From contig OY762069.1 in NCBI GenBank assembly GCA_963665095.1, positions 5,824,001 through 5,888,000 of the forward strand: DNA of 64,000 bases, given 5' to 3'. The DNA is from an uncultured Desulfobacter sp. (lineage in GTDB: Bacteria > Desulfobacterota > Desulfobacteria > Desulfobacterales > Desulfobacteraceae). Shown piece after piece: positions 18,077 to 28,652 of the stretch (within the stretch, counting starts at the first letter, position 1; the number at the start of each line of letters is the position of its first letter). The notes below the pieces were generated by a model. It was not told the DNA's origin, did not search any database, and worked only from the letters and a program-made list of their open reading frames with translations. Both the position numbers and the translations under genes were made by a program.

Positions 18077-18850
18077 GGATAGGAACTTCCATTTTTACCG
18101 AAAAGGTATAGCAAAGAATGAAAAGATCATCAAGAACCTTGAATATGGCCCCAGCCGGTCATAGCCCCAACATGTTGGGGCTATGACCGGCTGGGGCATC
18201 GACTCCGGAACGGCCACGGATGCCAGAAATAACACCAGAGAGAAACAATAAAATCCGGCCTGCGCCACTGAAAAAGCGCTGAACAGCTATCATTTTTGAC
18301 TGATTTTGAGCATACCCCACCGGAAATCCCCCAAAGTGCTGGAATTAATGCCAGCCACTGGTTGGGATTTGGGGCATGTAGTGAAGCTTGCGCTCGTCAG
18401 AAAAATCATAAATCAAATCAGGGATAGAGTTGGAAGTAACAGGTTGCGGCGGATCATGGTTACGGATATCCCAAAGCCCAAGATGACGCAATATTTTCTC
18501 GATGTTGTCAAGTTCTTCGATGAAACTGATGATATGCATCTGGCCCCAGCATTTTCATCAGACACGGTGGATTTCAGATATGCTTTGATAACCTTCCAGG
18601 CACAAATGGATAATTTTGCCAGCAGTTTTCTGTTAAAGAGAAAATAAATCCTCAATCGTTTAGGAGTGCTGAAGACCCACTGCCGGTGGGGCACATCCTT
18701 TAAAACATTGGTAAGCAGCCATTCTCCGTATTCAATGACTCTTTTCTGATGGCAGGAGGGACAGACTTGGCACCGCTTACAAGAAAAAGCAAGCAAATAC
18801 TCGTGACCGCAATTCTCACAACAGACCCTGGCAAACCCCATATGAAGATC
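18077..18850 (-). mobile_element. Internally deleted IS91/ISCR-like element with probable oriIS
   Basis: Zn-binding N-part GFARVCCENCGHEYLLAFSCKRCQVCPSCHQKR joined to C-part MHIISFIEELDNIEKILRHLGLWD; GGAAGTTCCTATCC (oriIS-like TTCCTAT) at 18077-18090. Confidence 0.8.
18148..18197. repeat. Perfect 50-bp palindrome with no spacer
   Basis: GCCCCAGCCGGTCATAGCCCCAACA|TGTTGGGGCTATGACCGGCTGGGGC. Confidence 0.95.
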
Positions 18851-18852
18851 AT

Positions 18853-19425
18853 GAAACCCTTGGTCAGTTTAATGTAGACATCATTGCAGGCACCTGTCCT
18901 GTAACAAAGGATAATGTACCGCACAACCAGGCATTTCTCTGGACCCGGGAAAAAGGTGTAAAAAGGGTGCATGACAAGTATTACCTGCCGGATGAAGAAG
19001 GTTTCTGGGAAGCCTCCTGGTACCGGCGGGGGGATGGCGGGTTCAGCACGGCCGTTCTGGACGGTGTCACCTCTGGTTTTTTAATCTGTACGGAGTTCTG
19101 GTTCAACCACCGGGCCCGGGAGTACGGCAGGGCAGATATGGACATTCTGCTGTGCCCGAGGGCGACCCCGTCATCTTCTTCGGACACCTGGGTGGTCGGG
19201 GGCAGGGCTGCTGCCAATCTGTCCGGAGCATATTGCCTGTCATCCAACGTTAACGGGCCAAACACAGCCCAAATGGATTTTGGAGGAACCGGCTGGATCA
19301 TTGAGCCGGAGGAGGCAGAGCTTCTGGGCACCACATCTTTGACCCGGCCTTATTTGACAGTGGATATTGATCTGCAGGCGGCAAAAAAGGCGAAAAACAC
19401 CTATCCAAGGTATGTTGAAGATTAA
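18853..19425 (+). pseudogene. Carbon-nitrogen hydrolase (nitrilase superfamily), 5'-truncated by the IS91 remnant
   Basis: HDKYYLPDEEGFWEASWY, GFLICTEFWF, LLCPRAT; N-terminal catalytic Glu region missing. Confidence 0.8.
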
Positions 19426-19462
19426 CTGCTGAATCAGCCGGCTGTCTGAATGGGAGAAAAAA

Positions 19463-19657
19463 ATGAGAGTGCTGTTCTGGTATTGTGACAGATTTGCCTG
19501 GACCCCTACAATCAAAACACTTGAACATGTCGCTGATGCTGCCCCGGATGTTCTGGAAAAAGTGGTTGTGGCCTTTGTTCATGTTGAACCCCAGGATAAT
19601 GATCTTGATATCAAAGCACAGGGCCACCCGCTGGCAAGGATTTATAAAGAGTTTTAA
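19463..19657 (+). pseudogene. Threonyl-tRNA synthetase editing-domain protein, internally deleted
   Basis: N-terminus MRVLFWYCDRFAW...VVVAFVHVEP fused to C-terminus DLDIKAQGHPLARIYKEF in only 64 aa. Confidence 0.6.
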
Positions 19658-19713
19658 AAAGTAGTTTTAACCCGGGGCGGCCCGGATGCAGGATTAAAAT
19701 CTATGAACAGACA

Positions 19714-20259
19714 ATGAAAATCAGATACAATTCTCCGGTGGTTCTCACATTTGCAATTCTCTATTTGGTATTTTTGACCCTGCCGGTTGCAAAGACCATG
19801 GGACTGAACCCTGCTTCTCCTGCCAGGCTTGCCTTTTCAGACATTCAGTTTTATCCAAGGCTTTTCACCCATGTTTTCCAGCATGGATCCTGGTCCCATT
19901 TTATGGGCAACTTCATGATTATTCTTTTTGTGGGGCCGCTTCTGGAAGAAAAATACGGGTCATGGCTGTTATTTGAAATGATGGCAGTAACCGCTGTTGT
20001 CACAGCCCTGGTCAATGCGGCTGTTTTTCACACAAGCCTGATCGGTGCCAGCGGCCTTGGCTTTATGATGATTCTTTTAAGCTCCTTTGCCAATTTCAAG
20101 GCAAGGCAGATTCCTTTAACCTTTATTCTGGTTGCTGTTCTTTATATTGGATTCGAGGTTGCAGCCACCCTTAAAGTGGACCAGATCTTACAGTTCAGCC
20201 ATCTGGCAGGAGGTTTTTTTGGGGCTGCATTTGGATTTTTACGGGTTGGAAAACGGTAA
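19714..20259 (+). CDS. Rhomboid family intramembrane serine protease
   Basis: THVFQHGSWSHFMGN, IGASG, SHLAGG. Confidence 0.88.
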   Translation: MKIRYNSPVVLTFAILYLVFLTLPVAKTMGLNPASPARLAFSDIQFYPRLFTHVFQHGSWSHFMGNFMIILFVGPLLEEKYGSWLLFEMMAVTAVVTALVNAAVFHTSLIGASGLGFMMILLSSFANFKARQIPLTFILVAVLYIGFEVAATLKVDQILQFSHLAGGFFGAAFGFLRVGKR

Positions 20260-20280
20260 GGACCGGAATACAGGTCAAAC

Positions 20281-20670
20281 ATGATAAAAAATATTTCAAA
20301 GGCAATGGACCCGGCCCGGCTGATTAAAAAACTATGGTTTAAGAACTATCTGTTTGCCGGGGATACGCTCAACGCCATGAACCAGGGGCTTATGGAATGC
20401 GAAAAAATTAATGAAGCCTTTGGCCGCTACGTAGACCCCCGGATCCGGGACGAAATCCTTTCCGGCCGGGTCTCCTTGGACGGGGAGAGAAAAGAGGTCG
20501 CCATTTTGTTTGCTGACCTGCGAAATTTTACCCCTTTGGTGGCAGTGACCCCTGCCAAAGGCCTGATCTATATGCTCAACTCCTATTTTGACGAGGTGTC
20601 CAGGGAAAAAGTACGCCTGTCCAGGTGTATGGCCTTGCCCATGAGCAGCCGGGAAAATCCTTTTGACTGA
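20281..20670 (+). pseudogene. Class III adenylate/guanylate cyclase fragment
   Basis: FGRYVDPRIRDEIL...GERKEVAILFADLRNFT...LNSYF, then truncated. Confidence 0.8.
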
Positions 20671-20706
20671 CACACGGCAAAATCAACAGCACGGCTCCGC
20701 AGTGAT

Positions 20707-22386
20707 TTATTTTGAGTCCCTCCTGTGTAACTCATTTTGCAAAGCGATTCCAAGTTCCTCTATGGCATAGGGCTTTCTGATAAACCGGCCGGCGCCTAAT
20801 GCCTGGGTGTCTCTCACCTGCTCGGATTCAGTAAAGCCGCTGACAATGATCGCTTTTTGACCCGGATGAAGGCTGATAATCTTTTTATAGGTCTCAAATC
20901 CGTCCATGCCGCCCTCCATGATCATGTCCAGAATGATCAGGTCGGCTGAGTTACCGGTCAAATATTCAACTGCTTGTTCACCACTGTTGACACAGTGTGC
21001 TGAATAACCCAATTTTTTAACAATTTTTGTGCACAGATCTCTTTGTAGATTATCATCATCAATAATCAGGATGGATTCGCCGCTGCCGGTATAATCTTGT
21101 GGAGTCAGGCTGGGCTCCCTGCTGGAAATATCTTCATCTGCAACAGGAAAAAAAAGTGTAAAGGTCGTGCCTTCTCCTTTTCTGCTTTGAACATCCACAT
21201 ATCCATCATGGTCTTTTACCGTACCCCAGACAATGGCTAAACCAAGTCCGGTCCCGCTTCTTCCCATGACTTTTTTTGTATAAAAAGGTTCAAAAATTCT
21301 ATTTAGATCTTCTTTAGAAATGCCCGGCCCGTTATCTGACACTGTAACAGACACATAGCTGCCTTTATTCATAACTTCATAGGTATCACAGGATTTGTCC
21401 ATGGCAGCACCTGCAGTGGTTATGGTGATATGTCCCCCCTTTGCCATGGCCTCCAGTGAATTTAACACAAGGTTCATGACCGCCTTTGACAGGTGAACTG
21501 GTGATCCGTACATGGCCGGCAGATCCTGCTGCAGGCTGGTTTCAATGGTTGTTCCGGGATAATTGCTTTCCATTTTTTTATATTCAGGCGAGTTTAAAAA
21601 ATCGGAAATAATATGATTCAGGTTGACGGCTGCGGCATTGATGATTCCTTTTCTGACAAGGGTAAGCAGGTCCTGTACCACTGCTGCCGCTCTTTGCCCG
21701 GAGTCCTGTATCGTTAAAAGGGGACCCCGTAAAGGACTGTCTTTGGAAATATCGAGCAGAAGAAGCTCTGGATAACTCATTATACCGGTAAGGATGTTGT
21801 TCAGATCATGGGCAACGCTTCCGGCCAGTATTCCAACCGCTTCCATTTTCTCTGCCCGCTTAAGGCTGAGCTGCAGCTTGAGTTTTTCTTCAGCCGTTTT
21901 TTTATTTTGCCGGATTTCCTGTTCGAGTTTTTTATTGCTTAGCATCAGCTCTTCAGTGCGCTTTTCTACTTGCTTTTCCAGTGTATCCTTGATTTCTATC
22001 AGCTCGGCTTCGGCACGACAGCGCTCTTTAAGTTCATGCCTAAGGCTTTTTGTCAGATCACGGATTCTGCCCACACCGCTGGTGATCAGAAATGTAATCG
22101 CATATTGGGGTATCCCGCTTGAAATGAGTTGATCCATGCTGCTTCCCACTGTTCTGGCAAGATTCATAAGAACCAGGGCGTGCAAAAACCAGAACACCAG
22201 GCCCAGGCGCAGCCCGAGCAGCCATCCGGCAAGGATTGGAAAGAGGCTGGAAAGGATGAACGCCCCGTCTTTTGTTATTGAATGCAGGGGGATGAACGTG
22301 GTGCCGAACAAGAGCAAAAGAGATGAAATAATAACAACAGGTCTGAAATATTTATCTTGAAACCATAAGCCTGCCTTTTTCCCCAT
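20707..22386 (-). CDS. Membrane hybrid histidine kinase with receiver domain
   Basis: TM region, AEKMEAVGILAGSVAHDLNN, FEPFYTKK, GTGLGL, LIILDM. Confidence 0.93.
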   Translation of the reverse strand: MGKKAGLWFQDKYFRPVVIISSLLLLFGTTFIPLHSITKDGAFILSSLFPILAGWLLGLRLGLVFWFLHALVLMNLARTVGSSMDQLISSGIPQYAITFLITSGVGRIRDLTKSLRHELKERCRAEAELIEIKDTLEKQVEKRTEELMLSNKKLEQEIRQNKKTAEEKLKLQLSLKRAEKMEAVGILAGSVAHDLNNILTGIMSYPELLLLDISKDSPLRGPLLTIQDSGQRAAAVVQDLLTLVRKGIINAAAVNLNHIISDFLNSPEYKKMESNYPGTTIETSLQQDLPAMYGSPVHLSKAVMNLVLNSLEAMAKGGHITITTAGAAMDKSCDTYEVMNKGSYVSVTVSDNGPGISKEDLNRIFEPFYTKKVMGRSGTGLGLAIVWGTVKDHDGYVDVQSRKGEGTTFTLFFPVADEDISSREPSLTPQDYTGSGESILIIDDDNLQRDLCTKIVKKLGYSAHCVNSGEQAVEYLTGNSADLIILDMIMEGGMDGFETYKKIISLHPGQKAIIVSGFTESEQVRDTQALGAGRFIRKPYAIEELGIALQNELHRRDSK

Positions 22387-22390
22387 GCTT

Positions 22391-23194
22391 TTATTCCCTG
22401 ATTTGCTTTTCAGCCCTGCTTTCTAAAGGACGGGTTTTTGCCAGCTTTTCAAGTTCTTTCCGGATAAAATCATTATATGAAAAAGGAAGCTGGTCAAAGA
22501 GTTGATTATACTGGTCCAGGTACTTTCTGGTATGGGCAGCTTTTTTTGAAAAAACAGTATATGCGTGGATCGGCTTTTCCGGGAGGGGGAGAATCTTGAC
22601 CTGATCCAGAACCCCCATTTTGCCTGCTTCATATTTCAGTGTTACATCGTTGAGATCATATGCCGCGTCCAGTCTGTTGAAAAGCACTCTTTTGATATTT
22701 TGTGCCACCCAGTCCGGCCCTCTTATATAGTCCATTTTAAAGCTGTTGATGTTTTCTTTTATGAATTTTGACAGATTTGCGTCCCTGAGAAAACCAACCC
22801 TAAGCCCTGCCACATTATCCACAGAAACGATCTTGTTTATTTTGCGGTCTTTTTTAAGGAGAAATACCGGTTGAGATGGAAAATGCGAATGGTCCGGAAA
22901 GTAGAGATATTCCATCCGCTTTTTATTTTTGGTTACCATCTGGGCACCGTCAACCGTTCCATCCTGAAGGTATCTGACAAGCCGGGGAAAAGGAAGCGGG
23001 CCTTCCCATTGTACGGTATGCCCCATTAATTTTGCCACTTCATTGAAAAAATGGACAGCTGCGCCATCAGCTGCCTTGTCTGTTGCATATGTATGGGGAT
23101 TTAAAATAAAATATCCCATTTTTATGGTATCTGCATAACCAGCCCGCGCAAATCCAAACACGATTATAAAAATCAAGACATAATATTTTTTCAT
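22391..23194 (-). CDS. Periplasmic substrate-binding protein (family 3-like)
   Basis: Signal peptide; PFPRLVRYLQDGTVDG; directly upstream of kinase. Confidence 0.75.
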   Translation of the reverse strand: MKKYYVLIFIIVFGFARAGYADTIKMGYFILNPHTYATDKAADGAAVHFFNEVAKLMGHTVQWEGPLPFPRLVRYLQDGTVDGAQMVTKNKKRMEYLYFPDHSHFPSQPVFLLKKDRKINKIVSVDNVAGLRVGFLRDANLSKFIKENINSFKMDYIRGPDWVAQNIKRVLFNRLDAAYDLNDVTLKYEAGKMGVLDQVKILPLPEKPIHAYTVFSKKAAHTRKYLDQYNQLFDQLPFSYNDFIRKELEKLAKTRPLESRAEKQIRE

Positions 23195-23400
23195 TGCTTC
23201 CCTCCTTTTCGCCGCCATGAGTGCAAATTTAAAAAGAAAAGACAATTGTAAAAAACAACATAAAAGTGATTTTTGACATCAATTTGTTATCATAGCTTTT
23301 TTTTAACACATCTCACAATATTAACTGTTTGTAAATGAGATATCCGGGACAGGAGAATCACAAAATTTGATATGGCAGAACACGCAGGTTTTTACGGATT

Positions 23401-23901
23401 TTATACGGCATAGGATCTTCTCAGAAATTTAGGGGGCAGTTTGTCTGCATGCATATAATCCACTGCATCGTCAATGGTCTGTTTGTTGTCTGTGACCATT
23501 AGTTTTGAGGTGGCATGGGCCAGCAGTTTATCCTCTTGACTGAACATGCGGGCTTGTGTGAGAAACAGGGTTCTTCCCGGTTTCAATAGTTTTCCTGTCA
23601 CATACACTTTATTTCCCGGTACAGGGGCAAGAAGGTCCACCTTCAGGTCAATGGTGACCAGCCCCTGGGTCTGTCCCAGGTTGCAATAGCCAGACCAGTA
23701 GGCAGCAGTATCCAGTAAAGAGGAGTATACCCCGCCGTGAATTCCGCCAAAAGGATTCATATGATTTTTGCTGATCACGGCAGTTACTTTTGAATGGCCC
23801 ATATCCAGTTCCGTGACCTTCATGGATATGTGCTGGAAAAAAGGCCCTTTATTGATACACTCAAGAACCGATCTGATATGTTCTGGATTTAAAGACGGCA
23901 T
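23401..23901 (-). CDS. PaaI family thioesterase
   Basis: HMNPFGGIHGGVYSSLLD, VTIDLKVDLL. Confidence 0.9.
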   Translation of the reverse strand: MPSLNPEHIRSVLECINKGPFFQHISMKVTELDMGHSKVTAVISKNHMNPFGGIHGGVYSSLLDTAAYWSGYCNLGQTQGLVTIDLKVDLLAPVPGNKVYVTGKLLKPGRTLFLTQARMFSQEDKLLAHATSKLMVTDNKQTIDDAVDYMHADKLPPKFLRRSYAV

Positions 23902-23919
23902 AAGTCCTCCTCAGGCTGG

Positions 23920-24432
23920 TTACCCTGCCAGGCCCGGTCCATTGGGCCGGGCTGGTGTAATGGTCCGGTCCGGTTCATTGATTGGGTCAGATCCTCTGGC
24001 CCGGCCTGGTTCATTGATTTGGTCCAGGCGGGCAAGAAACTGCTGCATCTGCGACCATTCATCCCGGGTAAAACAGTTTAAAAATTTTTTGTTTGTTTTT
24101 TCAAAAAGTGTAAGAATGCTGTTTTTATGATCCAGGGCGTGCTGGGTAAGAAAGATTCTCAAGGAGCGGCGATCGTTATGGTCGGCTTTTCTTTTAATCC
24201 AGCCCTCTTTTTCAAGCCGGTCAAGCAGCCCTGTTGTTGTGGCCCGGTCCTGGGCAGTTTTTTCTGCCAGTTCACTGGGCAGCAGCCCGTCTTGCTCCAG
24301 AATCGCCACCATCATGAAAAACTGCCCGTGGGTCAGCTTATAGGCGGAAATTTCCTTCCGATATGCTTTGGATACCTGGCGTACGGTTCTGCCCAGTTGA
24401 AAACATACGCAATCTGTAAATGACACATTCAC
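23920..24432 (-). CDS. MarR family regulator
   Basis: SELAEK...TTTGLLDRLEKEGWIKR...DRRS. Confidence 0.9.
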   Translation of the reverse strand: MNVSFTDCVCFQLGRTVRQVSKAYRKEISAYKLTHGQFFMMVAILEQDGLLPSELAEKTAQDRATTTGLLDRLEKEGWIKRKADHNDRRSLRIFLTQHALDHKNSILTLFEKTNKKFLNCFTRDEWSQMQQFLARLDQINEPGRARGSDPINEPDRTITPARPNGPGLAG

Positions 24433-24645
24433 CCCTTACATTTTTATATGAAAGAACTGTGCAAGCCCCTTAAATTCTTTCATGTTTTGTTGCGGGTAAC
24501 CCTTGGTCAAAGACCAGGGCGGCCCATGGCCGTTAGTTGGAAATTACCATTGTTGATGATGTGCTTAACATACAAATAGTTTAAATACAAACTATAATAT
24601 GAAATTGTCGGGCCAAGGCAGCAGGTAAAGGGGCTCAGCTCAGTT

Positions 24646-25476
24646 TTAACTGCAGGTTTCCGCCTCCAGGTAACGGATAAAAAGATCTCTGGCACTGTTT
24701 TTTTTGTGCTCATCTGCAAAGACCGCAATGGAAAAGACCGGCAGCTCCGGCAGGTCCAGGCGGGAGGGTGCTTTGTGCATGCCCTGTTTTACGGCCCCCA
24801 TGGGAAGAACCGACAGCCCCATTCCTGCCTGCACAGCGGTCTGAACACTTGAAATGGATGTTCCTGTGAAAACAATTTTCCATTTCTGGTTTTTCTGTTC
24901 AAGGGTCTGGGTGGCAAGTTTTCTGAAATGGCAGGGGGACGGCAGCACCACCAGGGGCAGGGTGTCATTCATGTTGAACTCTGCATTGTCCCCTGTGGCC
25001 CAGACCAGGGGCTCCTGGGTAAGCACCCGGCAGCTTCCCTGGTAAAGATCCTTGCCAGCCACCACCAGATCCAGGTCTCCTTTTTCAAAGGCAGGGACAA
25101 GGTCTGTGCCCAGGTCCATCTGCACTTCAAGATGGATATTGGGGTATTGTTTTCTGAACCGGATAAGGATGCCCGGCAAAAGTTCGGGTATGACATAGTC
25201 GATCAGCCCCACACGAAGAGGTCCAGAGGCCTTGGGCGCTGTCAGCTGGCTCACTGCCTCGTCATGGGCGGACAGAATCCGCTGTGTATGGGCCAGTAAT
25301 ATTTCACCCTCATGGGTCAGCGAAAGATTTTTACTTGTCCTGTTGAACACCTTGGCATCCAGGCGTTCTTCCAGGCGGCGGATTTTTGTGCTTACGCCTG
25401 CCTGGGTCAGGCCGATATCGTTTCCAGCTTTTGTAAAGCTGCCGGTTTCCGCAACCTGCCTGAAACAGCGCAGCAT
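24646..25476 (-). CDS. LysR family regulator (first residues possibly deleted)
   Basis: LRCFRQVAETGSFTKAG...TQAGVSTKIRRLEERL. Confidence 0.88.
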   Translation of the reverse strand: MLRCFRQVAETGSFTKAGNDIGLTQAGVSTKIRRLEERLDAKVFNRTSKNLSLTHEGEILLAHTQRILSAHDEAVSQLTAPKASGPLRVGLIDYVIPELLPGILIRFRKQYPNIHLEVQMDLGTDLVPAFEKGDLDLVVAGKDLYQGSCRVLTQEPLVWATGDNAEFNMNDTLPLVVLPSPCHFRKLATQTLEQKNQKWKIVFTGTSISSVQTAVQAGMGLSVLPMGAVKQGMHKAPSRLDLPELPVFSIAVFADEHKKNSARDLFIRYLEAETCS

Positions 25477-25480
25477 GATA

Positions 25481-25505
25481 AGTTGTTATGAATCATATAA
25501 CAACT
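25481..25505. promoter_or_regulatory. Inverted repeat, probable LysR binding site
   Basis: AGTTGTTAT-N7-ATAACAACT immediately upstream of lysR. Confidence 0.6.
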
Positions 25506-25596
25506 ATTAATTTGTATTATTTTAAATTGATTATATAATTCACTCCAGTTACAGGTTGATCGTCAACCGGAATGGTTTACAGGTTGTTTTAAAAAA

Positions 25597-25676
25597 CAGT
25601 GCCTTAACCGTTGGGCAATAAGGCCGCCCACTAAACCTGCCACCACAATAATTGCAATATCTGACGCGATACCCAT
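25597..25676 (-). pseudogene. Cation:proton antiporter (CPA2-like) N-terminal fragment
   Basis: RBS then MGIASDIAIIVVAGLVGGLIAQRLR; remainder absent. Confidence 0.45.
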
Positions 25677-26031
25677 TAGTCTCCCTGCCTGTACTGTGAA
25701 TGATTGGCTTGACACCTGAAAACCCGCAGCCCTTCCCGGCGGCGTTACCGGTCATCAGATGCTTGCTTTTTTCAGGAAACATAGTAATAAAATTTGAATT
25801 AGAAAGCCACTGACTTTAAATCAAAAATAAGATGGGGTGCATTGCACCTGCCCTGCTGGACAACTTTTCGTTCAAACACCAAACAAGGGGTTTTCGTTCA
25901 GGCACTATTTAATTTCATTGGCAATTGTTGTAAATTAACACTGGCATACAAAATGCCGGGTCGGCCCCTGGCCGTTATCGAAAACATTTTATTAGATTCT
26001 ATAGACAGTCACCTAAGCGATAAGGAGAACC

Positions 26032-27192
26032 GTGATGCCCCATGCCGTTATTGAAAAAATCAAACGTGCAGAAGCAACTTCCCAGGATCCTGCTGTTGCA
26101 GTAGCATCACTTGCAGAGCAGCTTCACCAGGATGAACCGGCAGGTGTAATCTTTTTTTGTTCGGCAGAAAGCTATGACCCGCAAGCCCTGGAAGCTCAAT
26201 TCAAGTTAAAGTTCAACTGTCCGGTTGCCGGATGTACAACTGCCGGCGAAATCTGCACCTGTTACCAGAAAAACAGCATCGTTGCGCTCAGTTTCGCGAA
26301 ATCTCATTTCAGAATTCACCCGTATTTAATTTCCCCCCTGGCGAATTTTGATGCCGAGGCAGCCTTCTCATTGGCCAACAAAATGCGAGGCAACCTTGAA
26401 CTGTCCGATGACTTTGATCCTGGAAAAATGTTTGCACTGGGACTTTTTGACGGGCTCTCGCTTATGGAGGAAGCCGTAATACCGCATATCAGCGCAGCGC
26501 TCAACGGTGTCTGCCTCGTTGGCGGGTCTGCAGCTGACAACATGATATTTAATGAGACCAGGGTGTTTGCTGACGGAGAATTTCACACCGGTGCCGGGGT
26601 GTTGATCATAATCGAAACCCTGCTTGATTTTAAGATATTCAAACATCAGGATTTTGTCCCGACCGAGATTGACATGATCATCACAGAAGCAGACCCTAAA
26701 GTGCGAAAAGTGTCCGAAATTAACGGAATGCCGGCTGCTGAGGAGTACGCCAAAATTTTAGGATTAAAGGTCGAGGATCTGTCTTTTGAGGTGTTTGCCG
26801 ACAACCCGCTCATGCTTGAAATAGGTGACGGCTGGTATGTACGTTCCATTATGGAGGCCAACCCGGACGGCAGCCTCACCTTTTCCTGCGCCATCGACAA
26901 CGGTCTTGTGTTAGCCATGGGAAGGGGGGGAGGATTTGTGGAAAATCTGGAAGCCCATGCCGGAAAATTGAACACTGAATTTTCAACGCTTTTATGCACC
27001 ATCGGCTTTGATTGCCTCCATCGCCGTCTGGAATTGCAAAGAAACGGTGAGACCGCAGAAGTTGAAGCGGCATTGGCACAGATGCGCTTTGTTGGATTCA
27101 GCACCTATGGGGAACAAATTAATGCCGTACATGTGAACCATACGCTGACAGGGGTCGCTATCGGGAAAAAAATAGCTACAAAGGACAGGTAA
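26032..27192 (+). CDS. NosP-like FIST domain sensor
   Basis: AGCTTAGEI, DGLSLMEE, VGGSAAD, GFDCLHRR, GFSTYGEQINAVHVNHTLTG. Confidence 0.85.
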   Translation: MMPHAVIEKIKRAEATSQDPAVAVASLAEQLHQDEPAGVIFFCSAESYDPQALEAQFKLKFNCPVAGCTTAGEICTCYQKNSIVALSFAKSHFRIHPYLISPLANFDAEAAFSLANKMRGNLELSDDFDPGKMFALGLFDGLSLMEEAVIPHISAALNGVCLVGGSAADNMIFNETRVFADGEFHTGAGVLIIIETLLDFKIFKHQDFVPTEIDMIITEADPKVRKVSEINGMPAAEEYAKILGLKVEDLSFEVFADNPLMLEIGDGWYVRSIMEANPDGSLTFSCAIDNGLVLAMGRGGGFVENLEAHAGKLNTEFSTLLCTIGFDCLHRRLELQRNGETAEVEAALAQMRFVGFSTYGEQINAVHVNHTLTGVAIGKKIATKDR

Positions 27193-28357
27193 AATGTCTT
27201 ATGGGAAAAATGAAAAAATCCAACGCGCTGAAGTACGTTCAACGGACCCGGTCCTTGCAGTGTCTTCTCTGGCGAAACAGCTTGATCAGGGGGATTTGGC
27301 CGGGGGTATCTTTTTTTGTTCGGCAGAGTATGACCCAGACACCCTTGCAGCTGAATTCAGAGCACATTTTGACTGCCCGGTTGCAGGTTGTACCACAGCA
27401 GGAGAAATCGGATCACGTTACCAGGAAAAAGGCATTGTGGCCGCCGGTTTTGCCAAATCCGATTTTCGTTTTCATCCCTTCTTTATCCCCGCCGTAGATG
27501 CCTTTGACGCCGGGGCAGCGTACAGGTTGAGAGACACCATTCGCGGCCAGCTTGAATTTTCAGCTGACTACGATCCAAACAAAATGTTCGGTATCCTCCT
27601 CGTTGACGGGTTGTCAATGCAGGAAGAATCCGTGTCTGCAAATATCAGTACTGTAATTGAGGGGGTTTCCCTTGTCGGGGGATCAGCCGGGGATGGTATG
27701 AATTTCAGGGAAACCCGTATATTTGCAAACGGGGGATTCCATACAAGCGCCGGTATTTTTATCATGATCGAATCCAGGCCGGATTTTAACATATTTAAAT
27801 TTCAGAACTATATTCCGTCTGATAATGAGTTGATTATTACCGAAGCCGATTCGGCAGCCCGAAAGGTAACAGAGATCAATGGCGGGATAGCGGCCGAAGA
27901 GTATTCCAAAGCCATGGGCAGCGATGTAACGGCATTATCTCCGGACATATTGCATCCCTATCCGATCATGGTTGAAATCGGGGACGAGTGGTACGCGCGT
28001 GCCCTTCGTCAAGTAAATCCTGACGGGAGCATGACATTTTTCTGCTCAGTTGATACCGGTCTGGTCATGACCCTTGGCCAACATATTGACTTTATAGATC
28101 ACCTAAAAAAAAGTGCCGCAGCATTGAAACAACGTTTTTCAACAATTTTATGCACCATCGGTTTTGATTGCCTTTCCCGGCGAATGGAACTGTTCAAGCT
28201 CGATAAAACAAAGGAAGCCGAAGCCGTCCTGGCCCCCTTGAATTTTATCGGATTCAGCTCCTATGGTGTATAATGGACCCCGAAATTTGAACCAGTTGCT
28301 AAGGTACATATGAGGTGATAAAAACCCGGTTCAAATTTGTACCGAAAAAGGAGGTCC

Positions 28358-28642
28358 ATGAGAAAAAATTATACCGGAAAGTTCAAAGCTAAAGTTGTAG
28401 TTGATGTGATTCGAGAAAATGAAACTCTTGCGGAGTTGTCATCCAAATACCAGGTTCATCGAACTATGTTAAACAGATGGAAGAAAGAAGCGATAGAGGG
28501 TCTTCCGACGTTGTTTTCATCAGCGAAAAAGAAAAGCCCAAATGATACTCAGAATCTAATAGACGAATTATATAAGAAAATCGGTCAGCTCGAAGTTGAG
28601 AATGACTGGTTAAAAAAAAAGGTTAATACAATCAATCTCTGA
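28358..28642 (+). CDS. IS3 OrfA
   Basis: HTH, LYKKIGQLEVENDWLKKK; A9G slippery run near 28612. Confidence 0.9.
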   Translation: MRKNYTGKFKAKVVVDVIRENETLAELSSKYQVHRTMLNRWKKEAIEGLPTLFSSAKKKSPNDTQNLIDELYKKIGQLEVENDWLKKKVNTINL

Positions 28643-28652
28643 CAGAAGGGGG

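Noticed and set aside
13093..22800. Diversity-generating retroelement (RT fragment beside a duplicated segment)
   Set aside because: Mismatches between the copies involve all bases and are not adenine-specific; the repeat is 542 bp; the RT is a ~20-aa scrap
23920..24020. Short duplication in the MarR C-terminus (INEP repeat)
   Set aside because: 12-bp local repeat extending the tail; no evidence of function
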